Source: Octopus bimaculoides
Lineage: Eukaryota
Direction: 5' to 3'
Assembly: GCF_001194135.2 (NCBI RefSeq)
Contig: NC_068994.1
Location: forward strand, 3,786,665 to 3,819,680
Length of the DNA stretch: 33,016 nucleotides
Of the stretch, positions 20,620-31,254 are shown piece by piece (the stretch's first letter is position 1; each line of letters opens with the position of its first letter). The notes below the pieces were generated by a model. The model was not told where the DNA came from and did no database searches. It saw nothing but the letters and a program-made list of their open reading frames with translations. The position numbers and the translations under genes are program-made.

Positions 20620-21450
20620 TTCGTAATCTCGCGATTTCCTTGAAATAGCAGCCAAATCTCTCTCTCTCCAATCATACTGACTTAAAAAATGGGAAGGACA
20701 CATCGTCATAAACAGTTTCTGGTAACAACAACGAAAAAGAAAAAAATATGAAAGTCACGGGTGGATCGTTCATGATCATTGATTCAATTGCTGGATCCGA
20801 GTTATCCTGTGGTTAAACAACACTAACATATTGATAATACAGTCCATTCGGGAAAAAAAATAGACCGGATGGCCACAGCTGGAACGTCTGATATGGATCG
20901 GGCCTGACCTAGGGCTAAAACAGCACTACCACACCTTACATCTGGTCAATTGATCTGCTACAAATAGCAACCAAATTTTCCTCAAGCCATTTCTGCTGTC
21001 TTCAAAAAGGAAAGGACATACTGGATTGATGTACTCCTTGATAGACTGTGCCTGAAAAAAGCAGGATGGTCATGTTTGGAATATGATTTTAATTGTAGTT
21101 TTACTATTTCTAGCCTCAAGCAGGTGAAATAGCCTCTGCATGGTCACTGGATCTGCTAGAAATAGCAGCCAAATCTCTATCAAAAGCTGCTGCATTAGGC
21201 TATGCAATCTTGGATGGAAGGTCACGAATGGATCGTCTTTGATCATAGATCTGTACGGATCGGGGCTGACCTGGGGTTAAATAGTACAAGTGCCAACGAT
21301 ATTAACAACACATGTAGACCTGCTAGAAATAGCAGTAAAACTGCCCTTCGATCATATTTTATTGTCTTGATAGAGAAGATTACATTTGAGAGTGGGGTGG
21401 TCGAGGCTGGAACGCCTTTAGTCATAATTTTGATCAGGAATGACCTGAAA
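20620..21450 (+). repeat. Head-to-tail cluster of about 4 diverged family D copies
   Basis: GAAATAGCAG-type motifs at 20642, 20955, 21153, 21320; GATCGGGnCTGACCTnGGGnTAAA at about 20896 and 21257. Confidence 0.7.
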
Positions 21451-22700
21451 TGATGAGAAGAATGATAATGAGAGGGGGAGTGAGGTGTAAGGTGAGTAAA
21501 GGTGAGAGTGAAGAAAATAATGGTAGAAGGAGAGTGAGGTGTAGTGAGAGTGAAGGTAATAATGCGATTGAGAGAGGGAGAGAAGAGGAGTGGTGACGGC
21601 AAGAATGAAGGAAATAATGGGAGAGGGAAAGTGTTAAGAGAGTAAAGGTGAGAGGGCAGAAATAATGGGAGAGGGAGAAGGAAAGAAATGTTGAGAGGTG
21701 TAGGAAGAGTGAGGGAAATGAGAGGCCAAAGAAAGAATGAAATACAGGAAGGAAAGAAAGAGATGAAGGAAAAAATTCAAGAAGATTTGTTAAAAAATGT
21801 AAGAGGAAAGAAATGAAGGAATTGGGAAGGAAAAGCAGAAAGGATGAAAGAAGATTGGAGAGGAAGAAGGAGAGGATGATATATGTATAATGGGGAAAAA
21901 AACGAAAGAAGGGAAATGGGGTGAGGAACGGGGAAAATTTGGTGGGAAGGAAGGAGGAATTAAGAGATGGGAAAAAATGTGGGGAAGGAATTTAAAAAAG
22001 AATCTGAAGGAATAAAAAGGATGAAATGGGAAAAAGGGGATTGTGAAGAAAACACACAGAGAAAGAGAGAGAAGGAAGAATTTGAGTGAATGACAGCAGG
22101 TAAAAATTAATGTGTGTACAAATGAATTTATAATGAACGAGTTTATAAATGAATGAAAGGAAGATTGAAAGAGGTGGAATGAAAGATAGTAGAGAGAAAA
22201 GAAAGAAATTAATGAGGTTGGAAAGGATGAAGGAAAATGAGACACAGAAAGGATGAACAAAAAATGAATGAATGAAACTGATAAGGAAGGAGGAAATTGA
22301 AGGAGAACTTGCAAAGACAAAATAATTTTATAGTAAAACAAAAAACCCAAGAAGAAGGATGGAAACAGTCAGTGAAAGAATGGTTTAAAAGGAATAAAAG
22401 AATGAATGATTTTGTGGGAATGGAGAATAAAGGAAATTGAAAGAGGGGAGGCAGCAAAATAAATAATAAATAATTTTAAAAGGAATGAAAGTACGAAGGA
22501 AGACAGGAGAGCGAAAAGGAACAAGAAGGAGAAGAAGGCAGAGAAAGAATGAAATAAATACATAAAAAAAGAAGGAAAAAGGGGTAAGAAGGAGGAGAAT
22601 GGAGATGACAAGGGTAGATAATAAAAATGGCAGCCATTTGCACAGGATCATGTATAAGGAAACCTTATAAAAAAAAAAAGAAAGAAAGCAGAACTGAAAC
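21450..22700 (+). repeat. About 1.25 kb purine-rich (GA) low-complexity tract
   Basis: + strand is overwhelmingly G/A. Confidence 0.92.
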
Positions 22701-23171
22701 AATCCAGAAGGTCATGGGTGGGGACTGTCTGCTGGACTCAAACAAAGAACTCCTCATTTACTTTTAGACAATTTTCCAGCTGTATTCCCAGGTCTACACA
22801 TTTCATACTGAGTGTAACTCCTTCACTTAAGTCATACTCAACATTCTCATACAGCTTTCTGTTAAATTTACTAGTGTAGCTGAAGTCAATGAGGGCTTGG
22901 CCTCTGAGAGAAATGCCTGTCTTGTCAGTTCATTGAATGTTGTCCATTACATTATCTCTTTAACCATAGCTACTAGACATATTAAAACTACCAGAGTATA
23001 TTCCATACTTGATGATATATAAGATACACGGCCATGTTAGATGCAACATAATTTCAGCATCGCATATTCTGGCAAAACAATTTTTAATGCATCAAAACAT
23101 GTAATATATGCCTAACTTTGCACACAGGATCCAGGTTGGATCAAAGGTGCATCTCATTTACCGTTAAGTTT

Positions 23172-23315
23172 GGTAGTTTCAAATTTAGTTACAAGTCCAG
23201 AAATTTCAAGGCGATGCTTTTGACAATAGCATGAACTCCAGTACTTGACTGGTACTTTATTTTGTCAACCCCCAGGAAGATGAAAAACGAGGTTGACCAC
23301 AGATTAAAACTGGTT
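23172..23315 (-). mobile_element. Diverged SINE family B, 3' two-thirds
   Basis: gtttcaaattt...ccagtacttgactggtactttattttgtcaaccccc..gaagatgaaa..gaggttgac. Confidence 0.7.
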
Positions 23316-23819
23316 TGACATGTATCCTCCATGACAATGGCTATTGAACATAACTCCATAACTCAGCAATGCCTGGACACTCTAGGTCTGCAGTTCTGAA
23401 CCATTTTTTATTCACGGACCCATTTTGAGTCCTATGTTACTCTGGTGGACCCTCATAGCCATTTCATGTTTAAAAAACCCTAAAATACTGTGGCCATATA
23501 TGTACATATAATGTGGTAGGATTAATCAAGTGATTGTGGTGTCAGGCCACTAATTTGTCTCACGTGTAAATACGGTTGTATAGAAAATACACGTGACTCG
23601 ATAATTAATCAATAAAATTTATGATCACTGTATCAAATACAGATTGTCCCATATCAAGATTACACAGGAAATTCTGGAATGATGACAAGTGATATATAAC
23701 TCTACTTTGAAAGTACCAAACGTTGCTTAAAATGTCGTCGAGTACTACAATTGTTTCAAAAGCCCATGGGAGGTAATTTATGTATCATTTCAAATGTCCC
23801 ACAACAATCTGATGTGCTT

Positions 23820-23982
23820 TAGAAGCCATTGCGTTTCAGTCATTTGATTGCAGCCATGCTGGAGCACCACCTTTATTTGAGCAAATTGACCCCAGAGCTT
23901 ATTCTTTGTAAGCCTAGTACTTATTCTATTGGTCTTTTTTTGCTGAACCGCTAAGTTACGGGGAAGTAAACACACCACCGCA
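23820..23982 (-). mobile_element. SINE family A 3' module
   Basis: tttcagtcatttgattgcagccatgctggagcaccacc...gaaccgctaagttacggggaagtaaacac = reverse complement of the 6800-6975 module. Confidence 0.88.
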
Positions 23983-24339
23983 TTAAACTATGATGAGCCT
24001 ATGCATGTATACATACATATATGTACATACCTACATCTAAATGTATATATAGATGCATATCCGGGTACAGGACGTCAAAAAAGGAACGGGAACATAAACA
24101 AAGCACAAAAACGGACTTTTTTTACGGACAACAGAATGAACACATAGGAAAACAGTCGAGCCACTTATGGAACTTTTCCTTCATCAGCTGCCTCTATTAT
24201 AAACTAGGCGTTTCAAAGATGAGGCTGAACGCGCTCTTAGAATAGCTCTTCCCACGAAGTGGATTACACCTCCTTTCCAACATTGTTGAATGATATATGT
24301 TGGAAAGGAGCTACTAAAGAGCCAGGGATTATCCATGAG

Positions 24340-24500
24340 TATGTAACCTGCTAAATATAGCTTCTAATTATCCCTCAAGCCATAGACATGTTGCCTCAGA
24401 AAAGAACAGGTTGAATTACATGTTTCTAGGTTCCCTGCATGTAGAAAAAATGTTCTCTGGGTCTCCTCGATCGGGACTGACCTGGGGTTAAAGGGCAATA
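24340..24500 (+). repeat. Family D copy (hairpin remnant through GACCTGGGGTTAAA end)
   Basis: acctgctaaatatagc...ccctcaagccat...gatcgggactgacctggggttaaa. Confidence 0.6.
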
Positions 24501-24527
24501 GCTTAATATTTTGTCTTTGTGCGTTGT

Positions 24528-24673
24528 AGCATAGGAGTGGCTGTGTGGTTAGTAGCTTGTTTACCACCCACACGGTTCCGGGTTCATTCCCACTGCGTGG
24601 CACCTTGGGCCTACTATAGCCTCGGGCCTTGTGAGTGGATTTGGTAGACGGAAACTGAAAGAAGCCTGTCGTA

Positions 24674-24716
<43 letters not shown>

Positions 24717-24905
24717 ATGTGTCTGTGTTTGTCCCCCCCCCCCCAACATCGCTTGACAACCAATATTAGCGGTCCGGCAAAAAGAGACCGATAGAATAAG
24801 TACTAGGCTTACAAACAATAAGTCCTGGGGTCGATTTGGTCAACTAAAGGCGCTGCTCCAGCATGGCCACAGTCAAATGACCGAAACAAATAACTGAATA
24901 AGAGA
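24528..24905 (+). mobile_element. Complete SINE family A: tRNA head + body + internal (TA)/(TG) microsatellite + 3' module
   Basis: A box GTGGCTGTGTGGT, B box GGGTTCATTCCCAC, microsatellite 24671-24725, 3' module to GACCGAAACAAATAA. Small internal deletions relative to the other copies. Confidence 0.92.
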
Positions 24906-24906
24906 A

Positions 24907-24940
<34 letters not shown>

Positions 24941-25179
24941 GATAGATAGATAGTCTGCGTGTGTGTGTATTAAAGTTGTACCTATAATGAACAGCACGGT
25001 AACACACGCGCGCGCTCACATACGCACGTGCACACACACACACACACACAGTGTATGTGTGTGTAGTAAGACCTGAAATAAGGGAATCGGGATAAAAAGA
25101 GGAAAGGAAAAAATCAGTTTATCGATCGCTGTTGGTAGATGTATTTTCTAGTTCCAGTAAATGGTAATAGTATGTACGC

Positions 25180-25210
<31 letters not shown>

Positions 25211-25239
25211 CGTCCTACGTTCAATCTCTTGCTTTCTGT

Positions 25240-28200
25240 CACTCATCCTTCTACTCACATAAGTGAAAAAAATAAAACAACCTGTAATGGGTAACTCACT
25301 CTTCCACTCTCTCTCTCTCTCTCACTCATTTCTCTTTTCTCTCATATCACTCGTCCCACTCCTCACTTTCTCTTACTGCACACTTCCATGTACCCTTCTC
25401 TTTCTCTCTATGCTATCGTTATCTCTATATATCTGAATTTATCTATTTTTTAAAATTATATATATGCGAGTACTGATTATATATATATATATATATACAC
25501 ACACACATATACCTGTGTGTATGAAGCAAACGGTTGTAGGGAGGTAGATTGATAGACTTGTAGCTACAGACAGACAGACAGATAGATAGATAGATAGAAA
25601 GATGGAGAGATAGGTAAATAGATGGATGGATGGGTAGATAGATAAACAGATAGGAAAATAGGTAGATAGCTAGAGAGAAAGAGGCAAATAGATAGATAGA
25701 TAGATAGGTAGGTAAGTAGGTAGGTAGGTATGGCTATTCTCTCTCAGGCCCTCCATCCCCTTATATTTATTATCCTCGTCCTCTCCTACTTACTTTTTTT
25801 ATTTTATCACCTATTTGCCATCCAGCCTCGTCTCTTCCTTCTTCCCATTCTGAACCATTTACTTTCTTTCTCCTTTATCTCACCTTTTCACCTTCCTCTT
25901 CGTAATCCTCCTTCACTCTTTCTCACCTGTTTTCTTTTCCTCCTACTTTCTCACTATCCTTCTCCTTCCGATCCCATCTGTTTTATCCTTCTCCTCCTCT
26001 CTTTATCTACTTCTTTTTCACCCTCTTTTTTTCTCTTGATCAAACTCTTTCTTTTTTCCTTGAATATATTTACCCTCTTTACTCTGCCTATCTATCTCCT
26101 CTTCTCTCTCCCTCTACAACTTCCTATCATCTTCCAGTCCCTTTTTTTATCAACATATCCCCCATTTCATTTATATAGAAACACTTCCCCCTCTTTCTCT
26201 GGTTCTAGTCTTTCACTTTGCCAATTACCGCTCCACCACTTTCGTCACTAACACTATTTTCTGATATTTTATTTTCCCTCCTACTTCTCTCTCTCTCTCA
26301 CGTTTTCTTTATCTTTTTCTAATCCTGCTTTCACTCCATCTCTCTCTGTATCACCTAATTCTCTCTCTCCGTCTACTCCCTCTCTTTTTTCATCCTCTTC
26401 TAATCCTACTTTTTCCCTATTCCTCTAACTCCCTTTTTCTTTCTATGTTACCTTTAATCTCTCTCTCTCTCTCTCGCTACTCCTTCTTCCTCCCTCCTCT
26501 CTCTCCTTCATTCTTTACCAATTCCTATCCTTCTCTTCCCCCATTTACATACACTTTCTTTCCCTTTCTCTCCCGCCCATCTCTTTCTCTCTCACCATTA
26601 ATCCATTATATCGCTGTCATAAATATATATATATGACAGACAGAGAGAGGGAGTAACATGCATATATACAAATATATATAAAGATCGTAAATGTACTTTG
26701 TCTTTTTTATATTTATTTTAACCCTTTCATTTTCCTCATTTCATTGCTTTCTCCGTCATTATTTTTCACCATTTCTTCTTCATTCCCTGTTGATTTTATA
26801 ATTTCCCTCCACCCTCATTCACAACTATTACTCTTACTGCAACTCATTGATTTTTCAGCCATCTTGACTCTTTTTTACTAAAACATACATATACACTCCC
26901 TCTCTTTGTTTCTATTTCTTTCTATCCTTTCACTACACCCCACTACATCCCTCTCTCTCTCTGTTATTTCCAGTCTCACACTACACCTCATATTCTATCT
27001 CCTGTTGTTTCTCTTACATTTTTCTCTCTCTCCTCTTTTCTCACTACACCTCACATTCTTTTTTCTTTTCACTAATCCTTGTTCCTCCCTCTCCATTCTC
27101 TCACTGCACCTAACCTTTCCTCTCCATTTTTCTTTTCTTTCTTCCTTAGATTCCCTCTCTTTCTTTCACCGTTTCTCCTTTTCACTAATCCTTATTCTCC
27201 CCCTCTGTATTGCTTCACTATTCCTCCTTTTCCTTCAATTTTCTCTCACCTACTATCCTCTCACTATGCCTCACATTATCTCTCCCCCTTTCGTTCATTC
27301 ATACATCCCTTCTTTCTCTCCTTTCCTTCCATGATATCATTAATCCTTTTTTTCTTTCCCCTCCCTCACTACGTCTCACACTTGCTTTCTCTCTCTCCTT
27401 ATTCTCTCCCTACTTTTCAATTTTCTTACTACCACTCACCCTCTCTTTCACCGCACCTTATATTTTTCTCCTCTCTCTCTTCCTCTTTCACAACTTCTAC
27501 TCTTACTTCTCTTTGGACAATTTTTTATACACTAAATCACCCCTACTCTTACTCTTCCCCACTACACCTTCGACTGCTTCTATTACCCTATCTCTCTTTA
27601 CTTCTATCTCAGACCTACTTTTTCTCTTCTCTTCCCTCACACTTCCACCATTTCTTTACTCTGTCTCTCTCTCTCTCTCTCTCTCACCCTCTTTTCCCTT
27701 TCACTCAAAATGAAACCTCTTCTACTCTTAACTGTTTTTTTCTCCCTCCTCAGTCAGTATAACTCTCGCTACACTTCACATACCCCCCTCAGCTAGCCTT
27801 CTCTCTCTACACCTCATCTCCTTCCACTTCTTATTCTTTCTCCTCTCTTTCTTTCTCTCTCTCTCTCTCACTCTCTCACTAACTTCGCATTTTTTTCCAA
27901 TGCTAATTATACATTCTTCTCTTTTACCATTTCTACAATTATTTCCCCCTCTCTCTTTTCTTCTTGCACTATTCATCATATTCTCTTACTATACCTCACC
28001 TTTTCCTCCTCCCTTACTCTACCTCTGACTACGCCTCACGCTTATCTATTTCTTGTCATACCGTACACATACACATACATACACATATACTCCCCCCTCT
28101 CACTCACACATCTCACTACACCTCGTTCTCTTTTACCTCTTCTAATTAGTCCCCCCCCCAACTCTAACAAGTCTCCTTCCTCCTCTAATAAAATTCCTAC

Positions 28201-28520
28201 TCTTCCTGCAACTCCACCGATTTTTTTCAGCCAATTTACATTCTTGTCCCTTTTTTAACCAACTTACCTCTTCCTCCTGCTACTCCTCACTACAGCACCT
28301 CCCATCCAAACTCTTTCCACCTCACATTACCGCAATCCCCCCATTCCTTTTCGTCTCTACTTTAACCTCCCCTTCTCCCTCAAAACTTTCACTCTATCCA
28401 TATCGACCCAACTCATTATACTCATACATTTTACCCTTTTTCTCTCTCTTCCAGTTTCCATAGATTTTTCTTATTGTCATCGTCTCTCCCTTTGGCAATT
28501 TTTCTCTTCCCACTTTCCCT
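25240..28520 (+). repeat. About 3.2 kb mostly pyrimidine-rich (CT) tract with an internal degenerate minisatellite (CACTACACC and TTCACTAATCCTT words) and a (GATA)n interruption near 25565-25730
   Basis: Direct reading. Confidence 0.88.
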
Positions 28521-28696
28521 TTTATTGTATTCTTCCTGTTTTCTATAGGACTGGTTAGATATTTTTTTCCTGTATTGATATTTCTTTACTATATTGATTA
28601 TATATAATGTGTGTGCGTGTGTTCGCCTTGAACACGTATATATATAAATATGTGTCTGTGTGTGTATATCGAACGCATTAATAAATTGATATTTTT

Positions 28697-28737
<41 letters not shown>

Positions 28738-29461
28738 TTATATACACATATACATACCAAGATCCACTATTTGGCACGCACAATACACATTTTTTTCTCT
28801 CAATTTTTCAAATGTTTTTTAACATATTTCTGCTTTGGCATTGAAAAGCTGGTAGTAAAATGTACTTTATTATATATATATTATATATATATATATTATA
28901 TATATGTGTGTGTGTGTATATGTATATATGATAAATAGATAGTATGTGTATATATGTGTGTAAACGTGCATTTACTGGCTGTGTGCGTATGTTAGTGAGA
29001 GAAAGAGACTTGGTCCATTTTGACTAGAGTAGTTTTAGTCTAGTTTTCACTGTCTTTTTAAATACCTACCTAGGGATGAAAATCCTATACTCAGAGACTA
29101 CTAAACTGATCCCTCATTATATGACTATCACGAATTATTTTTCAAGGCACGTCTTCTAACTGTCACTTTCCATTCCTTCTTCCATCAACTCTCTCTCTCT
29201 CTCTTTCGTTACCTGCTCTCTCACCACTTGTGCACAGCCATTGTAGACAACAGCAGTTAAGACGGGGACAAGACGGTGGGCACCCGCCAGCCATCCGATT
29301 CTAATTGCCTTCCACTCCTGCATCAGTCAGTCAACCACAGCCAAACTCAGCCGACCAGCCAGATTTAAAGACCGTGTTGCCTTTACGGTACCTGTTAAAT
29401 ATTGCATGTGGTACGCGACGTGTTTATTGCCTGTAGATGTATGTGTGTGGGTGGAGAAGGT

Positions 29462-29731
29462 GAAGGCGCGTAACTTAGGGGTTTGGGTATTCGGCTCGTG
29501 AGTTCGATCCCCGGCGGTGCATTGTGTCCTTGAGCAAGACATTTAAAAAAAATTTCTTGTTGCTCCAGTCCATTCACATGGCAAAAGTGAGTATTACTTG
29601 TATTTCAAAAGGTCAGCCTTGTCATATTCTGTGTCTGTGGAATGCTCAGCCGCTTGCACGTTAATTTCACAAGCAAGCTGTTCCGTTGATCCTATAAACT
29701 GGAAGCCTCGTCGTAACAGACGGAGTGCCAG
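29462..29731 (+). mobile_element. tRNA-derived SINE, family C
   Basis: Head GGCGCGTAACTTAGGGGTT, B box GAGTTCGATCCCC (29500-29512), then TGTGTCCTTGAGCAAGACA (CORE-like start) and a body ending GTAACAGACGGAGTGCCA. Confidence 0.8.
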
Positions 29732-29859
29732 TTTGTGGAGGGGGACTCTTTGTGTCTCGATGTTTGTGCGTGTGTATTTATGTAGGCAATAGTGCTTGTT
29801 CATTCGAGTAAATTCCAAAGTGCATTATTTGTAGAACCATTAGCGAGTTGAACAAAATG

Positions 29860-29965
29860 CATAGCGGCAGTTCTTCCGGCTCTATATTCTGGGTTCGAAT
29901 TTGCCTTTCATACTTTTGGGGTAATCAACTTAACCCACTCCCTTGTCCCAAACTTTGAAACCATT
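29860..29965 (+). mobile_element. Internally deleted SINE family B copy
   Basis: ttctgggttcgaatttgcctttcatacttttggggtaatcaactta...cccaaactttgaaacca. Confidence 0.65.
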
Positions 29966-30084
29966 GTTTAACCCCATTCAACTCAGAATCAAACAAACCT
30001 TTGATAACCATCTCGCATTTTTATGGGATATATTATTTGGACCACACATCTAATGTATCTTTAGGTTATTTAAGACAAGAGAAT

Positions 30085-30130
30085 GTAATTTGAGGGAGAA
30101 CTGTCCGTTGTTTCTAACAGGATCAAGGAA
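30085..30130 (-). repeat. Diverged family D fragment
   Basis: atttgagggagaactgtccgttgtttctaacagg parallels 2071-2106. Confidence 0.4.
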
Positions 30131-31254
30131 CAACGTATAAGATGCATCTGTTGTTCTTTCTGGCTTCTTCGGACCAACTCTTCGTTGTGACCGACGAAGA
30201 GCCATTAAAGAACATTTGTGTTTTTTAGATCAGTTGGATATGAGACGGGAAGAGAGCATTGCGGAATTGAAATACATGGGTTAGCTTTACTCTAAATAAA
30301 AGAATGTAAAGGAGATGGAGGGGGAAGAATGCGGAGAAGGCAGCAGAGATATGCAAACGTGTGTGGATGTATCTTTACAGGGAGAAATTTAATGATTGCT
30401 AATGGGGGTGGGTAGGTGTTGGGAAGTGATTAGTTTGTTTATCTGAAATAACTGTTAAAAACAAAAAGGGTCGTGATTGGTCAATCCCATTAAAAAGCTT
30501 TGGATGTCAAATAAACAAATTGTTTATTTGACAAGTGTACGAAGATGATGATGGTCGGTCGATTGCTTTGAATGGAATTGGAATGTAGGGTGAGTATTTT
30601 TTTTTTGATAATGAATCTGATGTTTTCAGCATCGTCACCTCATCATAGAGAGTCTAGGTTTAATTCATAGGAAGTACCATTTGACATTTACATCATCTTC
30701 CGATGTGATTGTATCTCTGAAAGTTTCTATTTTGACATCCAGAAAGTGACGGAATTTCCTACGAATATCTAGAATGTCGAGTTTGCATCATCTGAACCTC
30801 TGAGTGTTTGATGTTCGTGAGTGTCGTAAGTAGCGCCGCCATTTCCCTCTGACCTTTGTTTGCATCATGTGACGATCTGCCCAATGAACATTTCTTCTCA
30901 CTACTCCGGAGAGTAAAACAAGTTTACCTGGTCATGATGTGGTCAATAAAAGACCAATGTTTGTAAACATTCAGTGGTGGTGGCGTCTTGTGTTTGTTCT
31001 TCAGCTGGAACATGGCGTTAATAATGGTAGAGTCGTGTTCCACACACAGGGGAAAGTATCCGGATGCCATTCTTGAAGCACGCCTTGATTGGATTTGCAA
31101 ATCGATAATTTCATGGTATTCATCAATAATTTAGCGAGCTTTTGTGCTGTTTTAATGTAAGAATGAATTCTTTTGTTGTTAGAGAATGAAATGAATTTAA
31201 TGAAACGAACAATTTAATGAATTAAGCTAAATGAATTTAATGAAACAGTTTCTT

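Noticed and set aside
22625-22639. 15-bp palindrome AAATGGC-A-GCCATTT (YY1-like); also an 8-bp stem at 30178-30201
   Set aside because: Short enough to occur by chance in 33 kb; no supporting context.
21790-22702. Hydrophobic F/S/L-rich ORFs (also 25730-27762) resembling membrane proteins
   Set aside because: A consequence of CT-rich composition, which lacks stop codons.
22701-22811. Short open stretch NPEGHGWGLSAGLKQRTPHLL...
   Set aside because: 36 codons, no start or splice support, no recognisable family beyond a weak P..HGW likeness.
23388-23440. Possible hAT-MITE left end (gcagttctgaaccatttttattcacggaccc)
   Set aside because: No matching right TIR or 8-bp target-site duplication found.
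24170-24235. Minus-strand GAAACG...CTGATGAAGG, a possible type II hammerhead
   Set aside because: I could not build stem III, an NUH site or a canonical stem II closing pair; at most a PLE-like remnant.
24531-24595. tRNA-like A and B boxes (also at 105-175, 6290-6378, 29462-29515)
   Set aside because: No complete cloverleaf; each continues into a SINE body, so these are SINE heads, not tRNA genes.
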